Assembly (NCBI GenBank): GCA_963827235.1
Contig: CAWHAE010000018.1
Span: forward strand, 96,001 to 160,000
Length of the DNA: 64,000 nt
Reading direction: 5' to 3'
From: an uncultured bacterium
Lineage (GTDB): Bacteria; Chloroflexota; UBA5177; JANWHV01
Positions within the stretch are counted from its first letter, which is position 1. Every line of letters begins with the position of its first letter. The position numbers and the translations under genes are program-made. Below are positions 8,666 through 18,008 of this stretch, in pieces. Under the pieces are notes generated by a model that worked only from the letters and a program-made list of their open reading frames with translations, did not search any database and was not told the origin of the DNA.

Positions 8666-8707
8666 CCCGGTAGCTCATAATACCAGCTGGTATTATGAGC
8701 TACCGGG
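8666..8707. repeat. perfect spacer-less 42-bp palindrome CCCGGTAGCTCATAATACCAG|CTGGTATTATGAGCTACCGGG
   Basis: 21 of 21 base pairs checked by hand. Confidence 0.95.
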
Positions 8708-8720
8708 TTGAGCTTGTCAA
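8692..8720 (-). promoter_or_regulatory. sigma70 promoter TTGACA-17-CATAAT for the Zn-dehydrogenase
   Basis: -35 at 8715-8720 and -10 at 8692-8697; nearly the same -10 region as the promoter at 11763. Confidence 0.8.
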
Positions 8721-8777
8721 GGCAGCGCCGATCGGCGCACGCCTGGTCAACCTGCTGTCGCGCCCGGTGGTCTTCGC

Positions 8778-10052
8778 TCACTGCAACGGATAGGCGCGAG
8801 AGCGGCGAACCGCGTCGTAGAGCGCCAGCAGGTTCTCCGTCGGAATGCCTGCCTGCACGTTGTGAATGGTGGTGAACACGAAGCCTCCGCCCGGCCCAAA
8901 GACGCGCATGCGCTCCCGCACCATCGCCCGCACTTCTTCCGGCGTGCCGAAGGGCAGGACGCGCTGCGTGTCGATGCCGCCGCCCCACAGCGTTACCCGC
9001 TGTCCGTACCTGGCCTTGACCGCCGCCGGATCCATGTCGGCGGCCGACGTCTGGATCGGGTTGACGATGTCGAAGCCCGCCTCCACGATGTCGTCCAGCA
9101 GCCGCCAGACGGAGCCGCAGGAGTGAATGAAGGTCTTCCAGCCCGTCTGCTGGTGGATCCAGCCGTTCAGTCGGGTGTGGAACGGCTTGAACAGCTCCCG
9201 GTACATCTTCGGCGAGACCAGGGGCCCGCTCTGTGCGCCGAAGTCCGTGCCGGTGACGAACGCCACGCTCACGCGGTCGCCCACGACCTGGTAGATGCGC
9301 GCCAGGTTCCGCAGCGCGATCTCCGTCTGGCGATCGAACAGCTCGTACACGAAGTCACGGCGAGCGCTCAGGCTCATGTACCATTCCGCCACGCCACGGA
9401 TGCCTCTGGGATGCTTCAGTCCCATGCCGCAGACCCGCGTGATGTCGCCGAGACTCGTACCGCCGAACGAGCCCACGATGGCCCGGCCGGTGGCTGCGAG
9501 GCGCTCCGTCTCGTCGCGCAGGAAGCCGAGGTCCTGGTCGGTGATCGGGCCCACTTCCTCCAGATTGTCGTCGACCGTGAGGGTTTCCTCGTCAATCGGT
9601 TCCTGCCGCTCGATGGCGTCGAAGTACAATCCACCGCTCGGCATGCGCGCCGAGGGCGGCGCCGAGCGGTCTCCCTCCGGATACATCAGCAGATCGCCGT
9701 TCGGCTCCCGCTCGGTGTTGAACCCTGCGGGAACCAAAGTCGGCGTGCCGTCGAACGCCGTCCACGGCTTCCAGCCTTCGTTGCGATAGCCGTACCGGGT
9801 GACAGGCAGCGTCAGGCCGACGACATCCACCCCGAGCGCATCCAGCAGGTCCTGCGCGATCTCGCCCAGCATGTGATAGGGATCGATCACCTTGACCGGG
9901 GTGCCGGGTGGATCGAGTCTCAGGGCCTGACGCAGCAGGTAGACGGAGTTTACTACCATGCCGGAGGCGCCGGTGGCGCCCAGATCGAGCGGCACCATGT
10001 CGGGCTCCTTGTGGTCGAGTGCCAGTGCGACCCGCTCTAGCGACGTGTGCAT
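8778..10052 (-). CDS. uroporphyrinogen decarboxylase/MtaA-CmuA-like family protein, 424 aa
   Basis: HKEPDMVPLDLG, GTDFGAQ, HSCG, NPIQTSA, WGGGIDTQ, GGGFVF..HNVQ. Confidence 0.85.
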   Translation of the reverse strand: MHTSLERVALALDHKEPDMVPLDLGATGASGMVVNSVYLLRQALRLDPPGTPVKVIDPYHMLGEIAQDLLDALGVDVVGLTLPVTRYGYRNEGWKPWTAFDGTPTLVPAGFNTEREPNGDLLMYPEGDRSAPPSARMPSGGLYFDAIERQEPIDEETLTVDDNLEEVGPITDQDLGFLRDETERLAATGRAIVGSFGGTSLGDITRVCGMGLKHPRGIRGVAEWYMSLSARRDFVYELFDRQTEIALRNLARIYQVVGDRVSVAFVTGTDFGAQSGPLVSPKMYRELFKPFHTRLNGWIHQQTGWKTFIHSCGSVWRLLDDIVEAGFDIVNPIQTSAADMDPAAVKARYGQRVTLWGGGIDTQRVLPFGTPEEVRAMVRERMRVFGPGGGFVFTTIHNVQAGIPTENLLALYDAVRRSRAYPLQ

Positions 10053-10074
10053 CTGCAGGTTCTCCCCTCACATG

Positions 10075-10109
10075 TATGGTGTGCCGCCCCTAGGGGGCGG
10101 TACACCATA
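10075..10109. other. 16-bp stem-loop just upstream of the UroD-like RBS (possible terminator or leader structure)
   Basis: TATGGTGTGCCGCCCC-TAG-GGGGCGGTACACCATA, one mismatch. Confidence 0.6.
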
Positions 10110-10121
10110 TGTCAGTCCAAT

Positions 10122-10176
10122 TGGTCATACCAGCCGAGCTACTGTGGACTCTAGTCGGCCGGGTAGCCGTTGTCAA
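10122..10176 (-). promoter_or_regulatory. promoter TTGACA-17-TAGAGT with downstream FadR-type operator TGGTCATACCA (10122-10132)
   Basis: -35 at 10171-10176; TGGT-N3-ACCA palindrome typical of the FadR subfamily. Confidence 0.7.
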
Positions 10177-10328
10177 GAGTGCCTGCCACGTGGTGCAGCG
10201 ATGCGCCTGCTCGAGACCGAGGATATCTTGTCCGGCGCCGTTCGCCGCCGCTCCCAGGCGAAAAGACCGCTCGCGGCGCCGGCAGGCCGCCACTGCCGAC
10301 GCCCAACGGGAGATTCGCCAAGCGTGGC

Positions 10329-11090
10329 TCAGCTGTCGGTGAACGATGCCGCGCTCTCCGGCTCCTGATCGATCCTGAACCCCTGGGCCAGGAAATCGCC
10401 CTCGGTATGGGCGAGATGGACGCGCATGGCGTCGCGTGCTGCCTCGTAGTCGTGCCGCTCGATCGCATGCAGAATCGCGGCGTGCTCGTGCACGGTGCGG
10501 TCGATGGAGACGGCACCCCGGAAGCTCGCGATGCGGCTGGCACGCAAGAGGTCGGTGATTGGATGAGTCACCGTCGTGAGCAGCCGATTGCGGGCCGCGC
10601 GAATGATCAGCTGGTGGAACTCGAAATCCGCCTGCACGTAACCCTCGGGCGACCCGGGCTGCGTCTCCAGTTCGTGCACCGAACGGCTCATCGCGGCGTG
10701 ATCGGAGGGGAGAGAGCGCTGCGCGGCCAGTCCTGCTACCTCGACCTCCAGCAGCCTGCGCACCTCCAGCAGCTCGGCGAGCGTGACGCCTTCGCGCCGG
10801 AGCAGCAGCTCGAGGAAGTCGCGCATCGGCCCGCCAGAAGGGCTGCCCACCAGGACGCCGGTGCCCTGCCTGATGGTCACGATTCCCCGCGCGGCCAGCA
10901 CCTGCAGCGCCTCGCGGATGACCGTGCGGCTGACGCCCAGCATGCTGCAAAGCTCGCGCTCGGAGGGCAGGAGCGTGCCCGTGGCGAAGCGCTCCTGGGT
11001 AATCATATCGATGAGCTTACCGACCACCTGCCGCGACAGGGTCTCGCCGGTGGCGCGCTTTCGGCGCTGCATCGGCTCGATCTCGGCCAT
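10329..11090 (-). CDS. GntR family, FadR-subfamily transcriptional regulator, ~253 aa
   Basis: LPSERELC..LGVSRTVIREAL HTH; FCD domain DFEFH...N...EH...H; GGAGGAGG RBS before ATG at 11090. Confidence 0.93.
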   Translation of the reverse strand: MAEIEPMQRRKRATGETLSRQVVGKLIDMITQERFATGTLLPSERELCSMLGVSRTVIREALQVLAARGIVTIRQGTGVLVGSPSGGPMRDFLELLLRREGVTLAELLEVRRLLEVEVAGLAAQRSLPSDHAAMSRSVHELETQPGSPEGYVQADFEFHQLIIRAARNRLLTTVTHPITDLLRASRIASFRGAVSIDRTVHEHAAILHAIERHDYEAARDAMRVHLAHTEGDFLAQGFRIDQEPESAASFTDS

Positions 11091-11297
11091 GTCCGCCCTC
11101 CTCCGTAGGCCACTGCCGAAAGTGCATCGGCCCGGTCCGCCCTCTCCGTGGCGGCCATCCCCGTTCGCGCGGCCGGCCGTGCGGATCGCTCCCCAGCGGC
11201 AGGCGCGAAGCGCCATACTGGCAAGGAGCCGGCCTGCCTCGGGCGCCGCCCGGCCACTCGCGCGATCCTCAAGGCCGCAGCTCCCACTGTAACAGGT

Positions 11298-11327
11298 ATG
11301 ATAGCCCGGTTCTACCTCCGTTGTCAA
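11298..11327 (-). promoter_or_regulatory. promoter TTGACA-18-TATCAT for the GntR gene
   Basis: Minus-strand hexamers; -10 overlaps a TACC half-site as in the sister promoters. Confidence 0.6.
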
Positions 11328-11369
11328 AGTCACGCTTGGTAGGTTCTGGTAGTTGATGCCCCGAACCGA

Positions 11370-11419
11370 TTGACAACCCTATTCACCGGACATATAATAC
11401 CTTCCTGTTATACCACCTG
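11370..11419 (+). promoter_or_regulatory. full-consensus promoter TTGACA-17-TATAAT followed by a FadR-like site TGTTATACCACCTG
   Basis: -35 at 11370-11375, -10 at 11393-11398. Confidence 0.8.
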
Positions 11420-11576
11420 ATAGTACTTGATCGAGCGTCCCGCGCGGCTCACCTGCCGCCTCTCATGGCGGCGCCCTTATTGCCGGCTATCGTCAGGTGC
11501 CCTCTGCCACCGGCCACATCGCCGGTCGCGAGCTTAGCCATATCCGTCTGGAAGCAGACTGAAGGAGCGGGTACCA

Positions 11577-11783
11577 GTGACTGCTGACCATCCTCGTCTC
11601 ATCAGCCGCGGCGCAGGTAGCCCGGCTGGCCCGGCACCCCTCGCCCTGCGAAAGCAGACAGCACGCGCAATCGCCAAGCAGCTTCGCGGACCGCTCCAGA
11701 CCGTGGAAACGCCGGCTGCCCGGCGCAGTGCGAGGCACTGCGAATTCCTTTGCCATGACGCCTTGACACGGCTTCCCTGGTAG
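11577..11783 (+). other. possible small ORF or gene remnant (68 aa), unknown function
   Basis: GTG start preceded by GAAGGAG and downstream of a consensus promoter; no recognisable motif. Confidence 0.25.
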
Positions 11784-11824
11784 CTCATAATACCAGTTGG
11801 TTATACCATCTGTTGTACCACCTG
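11763..11824 (+). promoter_or_regulatory. promoter TTGACA-17-CATAAT with FadR operator TGGTTATACCA (11798-11808) and tandem TACCA half-sites
   Basis: TACCA at 11791, 11804 and 11816. Confidence 0.8.
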
Positions 11825-11872
11825 CCGGATTGATGCGTGCACCGCCCTGTGTGGCGTGAAGGAGCGTTCAGC

Positions 11873-12640
11873 ATGGGTGCCCTGGATGGCAAGCTCGTAC
11901 TGGTGACCGGGGCCGGCATCGGCATAGGACATGGTATCGCCCTCGAATGCGCCGCCGCGGGCGCAAGCGTCGTGTTCCACTACGCGTCCAGCGGCAAGGG
12001 AGCCCAGGATGCAGTGGAGAAACTGGCCGGCGAGGGCGTCCGAGCTACGGCGATTCAGGCTGATCTCAGCCGCGTGGACGAATGCACACGACTCGTGGAC
12101 GAAGCCGCGACTTTCCTGGGCGGCCTCGACATCCTGATCAACAATGCCGGCGTCAGCCGTATCAAGCCCTTTCTCGAAACCACGCCCGAAGAATACGAAT
12201 TCACCCTTAACCTGAACTTGCGCGGCTACTTCTTCAGCGCGCAGCGCGCCGTGCACTACATGCTCGAGCGCGGGGGTGGCTCCATTCTCAACATCTCCTC
12301 CGGCCAGGCGATCATCGGTATCGCCGGGCACGCCGCCTACGCCAGTACCAAGGGCGCCATCGTCAGCTTCAGCCGCGAGCTCGCCGTCGAGCTGGCACCA
12401 AAGCGCATCCGCGTCAACGCCCTCGGCCCGGGGCTGATCGAAGTGCCCAGGCTCTTCACCGACGTGCCAGGCTATACGCGCGAGCGTGGCGCCGCACAGA
12501 TTCCTTGGGGCCGGATCGGCTTTCCAGAAGACATCGGCCGGGTAGCCGTGTTCGTGGTATCGGACGCGGCCGACTTCATCACCGGCCAGATGCTGTACGT
12601 CGACGGAGGTACGACCGCGACGATTCCAAACGTGGTATGA
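11873..12640 (+). CDS. SDR-family NAD(P)-dependent oxidoreductase, ~255 aa
   Basis: TGAGIGIG, NNAG, YASTK; GAAGGAG RBS. Confidence 0.93.
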   Translation: MGALDGKLVLVTGAGIGIGHGIALECAAAGASVVFHYASSGKGAQDAVEKLAGEGVRATAIQADLSRVDECTRLVDEAATFLGGLDILINNAGVSRIKPFLETTPEEYEFTLNLNLRGYFFSAQRAVHYMLERGGGSILNISSGQAIIGIAGHAAYASTKGAIVSFSRELAVELAPKRIRVNALGPGLIEVPRLFTDVPGYTRERGAAQIPWGRIGFPEDIGRVAVFVVSDAADFITGQMLYVDGGTTATIPNVV

Positions 12641-12886
12641 GCACTGGGCTTCGGGAGGGAGGTGAGTAGGCCCGGTCGTACTCTCGTCGGGTGCGGCTCG
12701 ACAAATTGCGTACAGGAAGCACTTGATGTTGGCACTGGTGGTTTGCCCAGGAGATGCCCTGCGCGCCGGCGCCTGCCCAGGCATGCCGTCGTGAGGATGC
12801 GAACGGATGCCGGGGAGCCCGAACGACGCAGTGATCCGCCGCAGTCAGGCCACCAGTATATGGTTCCAGGGAAAGGCAGAGTTGCA

Positions 12887-14155
12887 ATGCACACCACTCT
12901 ACGAGTGATTGCGGCGACCGCTATCATCGCCACTATGGCCCTTGGATCGCAAGCCACAGGCGCGGCGATGCATCCATCCAAGGCAGAAGCAGCCAACGCC
13001 TCGTTGATCCAGTGGTATCACCAGTACGGCGAGCAAGGTACTCGCGAAGCCGTGAATCGATACGCACAACAGTATCAAAAGCAGACCGGCGTCAACGTTA
13101 GCGTGCAATGGGCCCTGGGCGACTGGGCGACGAAGATAGCCACCGAGCTGCTCAGCAATAACCCGCCGGACGTCTGGGAGACCGAGTATGTGACGCTTGC
13201 CAACATCCGCGCCGGCAACCTCACTCCGCTCGACGACCTGCTGACCCCGGCGGAGAAGGCCGACTTCGATCCGCGCTCGCTGCAGATCAATACCTGGAAC
13301 GGCCATCTCTACGCGATGCCGATGATCACCGATGTGCGGATCCTGTACTACCGGAAGAGCATGTTCCAGAAAGCCGGCATCAGCCATCCGCCCACCACGT
13401 TCGCGGAACTGCTGGCGGACGCCAAGCTGCTGAACAAGGGCGGTGTAAAGGGCATCTACCTGGGCAACAGCGGTGGCGCCGATGGTCTTGAGGGCGTTCT
13501 GGAGTTCTCGGCCGGCAACAACATCATCAACGGCAACAAAGTGGTGTTCGACACTCCGCGGGTGGACGCCGCGATGCAAGAGCTGCGCACGCTCAACAAT
13601 GCCGGCGTCTTGCTGCTCGGGGCGCCGACCGACTGGTTCGATCCGTCGGCCTTCATCCAGGGGTTGGACGCAATGCAGTGGTGCGGCCTGTGGGCCATGC
13701 CGGCAATCAAGAAGGCCCTTGGCGATGATTTTGGCGTCATCCCCTGGCCGGCGCTCGACAACCAGAGCAAGCCTGCTCTCTGGTGGCTCGGCTGGAACGA
13801 GGCAGTGAACGGCCATAGCAAGAACCTGGCCGCGGCCAAGGCCTTCGTGAAGTGGGAGTGGGTGCAGCAAACCGCCATCCAGGCCGACTGGGCAGTAGGT
13901 TACGGCTTCCATGTGCCGCCGCGGAAGTCCGCCGTTGCCGCGGCCTCCAAGCTGAAGAGCGGAGAGCCGGCGGTCGCGGTGTCCGACCTGTACCAGTACG
14001 CGCATACCACGCCGCCGACCTATGACGCGGCGATCTCCACCGATCTCACCGACGCCGCCTCCGCGGCGCTCAAGACCAATCAATCGATCTCGTCCCTGGT
14101 GCACACCGCCGCCGTCAAGGCTCAGGCGGAGCTCGACAAGGAACTCAAGGGCTAA
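12887..14155 (+). CDS. carbohydrate ABC transporter substrate-binding protein, ~422 aa
   Basis: Signal peptide; PPDV, LYAMP, LYYRKSMFQKAG, PPTTFAEL (SBP family 1). Confidence 0.9.
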   Translation: MHTTLRVIAATAIIATMALGSQATGAAMHPSKAEAANASLIQWYHQYGEQGTREAVNRYAQQYQKQTGVNVSVQWALGDWATKIATELLSNNPPDVWETEYVTLANIRAGNLTPLDDLLTPAEKADFDPRSLQINTWNGHLYAMPMITDVRILYYRKSMFQKAGISHPPTTFAELLADAKLLNKGGVKGIYLGNSGGADGLEGVLEFSAGNNIINGNKVVFDTPRVDAAMQELRTLNNAGVLLLGAPTDWFDPSAFIQGLDAMQWCGLWAMPAIKKALGDDFGVIPWPALDNQSKPALWWLGWNEAVNGHSKNLAAAKAFVKWEWVQQTAIQADWAVGYGFHVPPRKSAVAAASKLKSGEPAVAVSDLYQYAHTTPPTYDAAISTDLTDAASAALKTNQSISSLVHTAAVKAQAELDKELKG

Positions 14156-14265
14156 CGCGTCCGGCCGTCCGCGCTCGCGGCCCATCGTCCTCATGGCGCA
14201 TGTCCTGAGGGATGGGCCGTGTGGCCGGCGGCAACGGGGCTGGACCGAGAAAAGGGGCACGGAAG

Positions 14266-15225
14266 ATGTCCGGAGGCGTCGCGGGGATCACAACAGCGGG
14301 TGGCAGCAGCGCGCGGCGGCGCCAACAGTGGAGTACCGCGCTCTCCTTCTGGATATTTGTCGGGCCGCTCCTGGCCGGCTTGCTCGTATTTACCGCCGTG
14401 CCCATCGTCTGGGGCTTCGTGCTCAGCCTGCAAGATGCGCGGGGCTCCATCTCCGGACAGAAGTGGATCGGTCTGACCAACTACGCCGACATCCTCAACG
14501 ACCCGGCCTTCGTGGACTCGCTGCGCACAATCTCCATCTTTGCCGTGCTGATCGTGCCCACCACCTTTGCCGTGGGCCTGGCCCTGGCCCTGCTGGTCAA
14601 CTCGGCTCGGCATGGCCAGGCCTTCTTCCGCTCCGTCTTCTTTGTGCCCACGGCCTGTTCGTACGTCTGCGCTTCGCTCATCTGGCGCATGGGGCTGTTC
14701 AACGGCGTGCGCTTTGGCATCGTCAACACTGTGCTGGGCACCTTCTTCGGCATCGACCCCATCGCCTGGACGTTCTCCTCCCCCTACCGCTGGGTGGTGC
14801 TGGTCACCGTCCGTCTCTGGCTGCAGCTGGGGCTGGTAATGATTCTGTTCCTGGCCGGGCTGCAGGAGATCCCGAGTACGCTCTACGAGGCGGCGCGGGT
14901 GGATGGGGCTGAGCATGGCTGGGCCACCTTCCGGCACATCACATTTCCCTTGCTGCGTAACACCTCCATTTTCGTGCTCTTCATCCAGGTGATCGCGGCC
15001 TTTCAAGCCTTTGACGAGTTCTATAACGTGCTCGGCACTGGCCAGAGCGGCTCGAGCGCGGGTATCGGTGCCCGGCCGCCGCTCTGGTACCTGTACGACG
15101 TGGCCTTCGGGCAGCAGGACTACGGCATGGCCAGCGCGGGCGCGTTCATCATCGCCGGCATGATCCTGATCGTGTCCATCCTGCAGGTCAGTGCGTTTGG
15201 TCTTGGTCGATCGGAGCAGGGGTAA
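14266..15225 (+). CDS. carbohydrate ABC transporter permease (MalF-type)
   Basis: EAA motif LYEAARVDGA...FRHITFPLL; multiple TM segments. Confidence 0.93.
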   Translation: MSGGVAGITTAGGSSARRRQQWSTALSFWIFVGPLLAGLLVFTAVPIVWGFVLSLQDARGSISGQKWIGLTNYADILNDPAFVDSLRTISIFAVLIVPTTFAVGLALALLVNSARHGQAFFRSVFFVPTACSYVCASLIWRMGLFNGVRFGIVNTVLGTFFGIDPIAWTFSSPYRWVVLVTVRLWLQLGLVMILFLAGLQEIPSTLYEAARVDGAEHGWATFRHITFPLLRNTSIFVLFIQVIAAFQAFDEFYNVLGTGQSGSSAGIGARPPLWYLYDVAFGQQDYGMASAGAFIIAGMILIVSILQVSAFGLGRSEQG

Positions 15226-15227
15226 GC

Positions 15228-16100
15228 ATGAACCCATACAGCCGTCAGGTTGGCGGTACCGCGCAGCGTCGCCGCCTGCCGAGGGGCAGAATGCTCGCCA
15301 TCTATGCGGTGCTTGTCGTGCTCAGCGCGATCTTCCTGTTTCCGTTCTATGTCATGCTGCGAAATGCCTTCCTGACCGATCTGGACATTACCAGCCCAGG
15401 CTTTGTCTGGCTGCCAAATCCACCGCATCTCGAGAACTTCTCCGAGCTCTTCTCGGACCCCGACGTCCCGATTCTGACCGGCCTGCGCAATTCTGCCATC
15501 GTCGCCGTCAGCACGACCATTTGCCAGATGGCCTTTGCCTGTATGGCCGGCTACGGCCTGGCCCGTGTCCCAGCTCGAGGCAAGGGCGTTGTGCTCGCCA
15601 TTATCCTGGGCACAATGATGATCCCGACGGCGGCCCTGTTCGTGCCCAGGTACGTGCTGGTGGACGATTTCGGCTGGGTCAACACCCTGCAAGGGATCAT
15701 CGTGCCCGATCTCTTCAGCGCCTTCTCCACATTCATGTTCCGCCAGTTCTATCTCGACTTTCCGCGAGAGATGGAAGAGGCCGGCCGCGCCGACGGTCTC
15801 GGCTACATGGGTCTGTTCTGGTTCCTGGCCCTGCCGAACTCCAAGGGCGTGATCACGGCCCTGGGACTGCTGGCGTTTATCTGGAGCTGGAATTCGTTCC
15901 TCTGGCCGCTCGTCATCGGACAGACCTCTGACCTGTGGACTGTTCAGGTTGACGTGTCCGCGTTCTTGACGGCCCAGACAGTCAATCTGCATGAGATATT
16001 CCTTTCTTCGGTCGTCGCCATTTTTCCTGTAGCCGTGCTGTTCGTCTTCGTGCAGCGCTGGATCGTCGAGGGCGTCAAACTGCAGGGCAGCAAGGGTTAG
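15228..16100 (+). CDS. carbohydrate ABC transporter permease (MalG-type)
   Basis: EMEEAGRADG; WNSFLWPL. Confidence 0.93.
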   Translation: MNPYSRQVGGTAQRRRLPRGRMLAIYAVLVVLSAIFLFPFYVMLRNAFLTDLDITSPGFVWLPNPPHLENFSELFSDPDVPILTGLRNSAIVAVSTTICQMAFACMAGYGLARVPARGKGVVLAIILGTMMIPTAALFVPRYVLVDDFGWVNTLQGIIVPDLFSAFSTFMFRQFYLDFPREMEEAGRADGLGYMGLFWFLALPNSKGVITALGLLAFIWSWNSFLWPLVIGQTSDLWTVQVDVSAFLTAQTVNLHEIFLSSVVAIFPVAVLFVFVQRWIVEGVKLQGSKG

Positions 16101-16188
16101 GTGGCGTGCAGCGGGACAGTATGACAAGGTGTTTCAGCCCGCAACGGGCTGGCGTGTGCCGCAGAAGCAGAGGGAGCAGAGCACAAAC

Positions 16189-17952
16189 ATGTTGACACGT
16201 CCAACTGCCGAGAGTGCGCAGGAGTCCCGCAGCGGCCGCTGGCTGAACCGCCTCGATTTCGAAGGCTGGGCGCAGCGAGGTTGTCTGAAAGCCGAGGGCT
16301 TTGCGGAAGTCTCGTTCCGAAATCGCCCGGTGATCGGTATCTGCAACACGTGGAGTGAGCTCGTACATTGCAACGCTCACCTGCGCGACGTCGCGGAAGC
16401 CGTCAAGCGAGGCGTGCTGCAGGCCGGAGGATTTCCCCTGGAGTTTCCGGTTATGTCTCTCGGCGAGCCCTTCATGAAGCCGACCACCATGCTCTTCCGG
16501 AATCTGATGGCGATGGACGTCGAGGAGTCGATCAGAGCCTATCCGCTCGACGGCGTGGTCCTGCTCGTCGGGTGCGACAAGACGACGGCCGCCTGCCTGA
16601 TGGGCGCGGCAAGCGCCGATATCCCCAGCATCGTGGTGCCCGGTGGGCCGCAGCTCAATGCCTACTGGCGCGGACAGCCGATCGGCAACTGCACGGACTG
16701 CTGGCGATACTCTGAAGAATTCCGCGCCGGGCGAATCACCCTGGCGGAATGGCGTGAGCTCGAGGACTCGGCAGTGCGCTCGCCCGGCCACTGCATGACC
16801 ATGGGCACCGCCTCGACCATGGCCTGCCTCACCGAGGCGCTTGGCATGGCGCTACCCGGAACGGCGGCGATCCCGGCGGCGGACTCGCGGCTGAAACGCG
16901 GCGCCGAGCAAGCAGGCCGTGCGATAGTAGACCTGGTAGGGCGCGGCACCAGGCCGTCCGACATCCTCACTCGGCAGGCGTTCGAGAATGCCGCGCGCAC
17001 CCTGCACGCGATCGGCGGCTCGACCAATGGCATCATTCATCTGATCGCGCTTGCCGGGCGTCTGGGACTCGATCTGCCGCTCGAGACCTTTGAGCGGCTG
17101 AGCGCCACGACGCCCTGGCTGGTCAATCTCAAGCCCTCCGGCAAATATCTGATGGAAGACTTCTTCTATGCAGGTGGCCTGCCCGCGGTGCTTGGACAGT
17201 TACGCGATCTGCTTCACCTGGACGCGCCAACCGTCTCGGGACGAACGCTGGGCGAGGGGCTGGATGGCGCGACAATCTTCAATTCGGACGTCATAGCGCC
17301 GCGCGATCGTCCCCTCACGGAGCGTGGCGCGCTCAACGTGCTCCACGGCAATCTGTGCCCGGATGGTGCGGTGATCAAGGTGTCGGCAGCGAGAGGGGAC
17401 CTGCTGGTGCACGAAGGTAGCGCGGTGGTGTTCGAGGACCTTGCCGATCTGGAAGCGCGCCTGGACGATCCAGCGCTCGAGGTGGAAGCGTCCAGCGTGC
17501 TCGTGCTCAAGAACAGCGGTCCAAAAGGCGCGCCGGGCATGCCGGAGTCCGGCCATCTGCCCATACCTGCCAAGCTGTTGCGGGCCGGTGTCGGCGACAT
17601 GGTGCGCATAAGTGACGCGCGCATGAGCGGAACCGCCTACGGCACGGTCGTCCTGCACATCGCGCCGGAATCCGCAGTGGGCGGCCCACTGGCTGTGGTG
17701 CGGAACGGCGACCGCATACGCCTGGACGTACCGGGCCGGCGTCTCGACCTGTTGGTTTCCGAGGCCGAGCTGGCTGAGCGCCGCCTGGCCTGGCGGCCGG
17801 CTCCCCCGCATTTCCAGCGCGGCTTCGGCAGGCTCTTCGAGGAGCACGTGCTCCAGGCCAACCTCGGCTGCGATTTCGACTTTCTGCGCAGCGTGAACGT
17901 CGCGCATGGCGCTGGGTCGATCGGGCGGCCGGGTACGGTCGGGACGACCTGA
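16189..17952 (+). CDS. IlvD/Edd-family sugar-acid dehydratase (L-arabinonate dehydratase-like), ~587 aa
   Basis: PVIGICNTWSEL..CN, GCDKTT, GHCMTMGTASTM, GGSTN, SDARMSGTAYG. Confidence 0.9.
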   Translation: MLTRPTAESAQESRSGRWLNRLDFEGWAQRGCLKAEGFAEVSFRNRPVIGICNTWSELVHCNAHLRDVAEAVKRGVLQAGGFPLEFPVMSLGEPFMKPTTMLFRNLMAMDVEESIRAYPLDGVVLLVGCDKTTAACLMGAASADIPSIVVPGGPQLNAYWRGQPIGNCTDCWRYSEEFRAGRITLAEWRELEDSAVRSPGHCMTMGTASTMACLTEALGMALPGTAAIPAADSRLKRGAEQAGRAIVDLVGRGTRPSDILTRQAFENAARTLHAIGGSTNGIIHLIALAGRLGLDLPLETFERLSATTPWLVNLKPSGKYLMEDFFYAGGLPAVLGQLRDLLHLDAPTVSGRTLGEGLDGATIFNSDVIAPRDRPLTERGALNVLHGNLCPDGAVIKVSAARGDLLVHEGSAVVFEDLADLEARLDDPALEVEASSVLVLKNSGPKGAPGMPESGHLPIPAKLLRAGVGDMVRISDARMSGTAYGTVVLHIAPESAVGGPLAVVRNGDRIRLDVPGRRLDLLVSEAELAERRLAWRPAPPHFQRGFGRLFEEHVLQANLGCDFDFLRSVNVAHGAGSIGRPGTVGTT

Positions 17953-18008
17953 GCGGTCGGACGCGGCAGCTGTCGCTGCTTGCTGATAGTGAAAGGAGGG
18001 GATATCTG

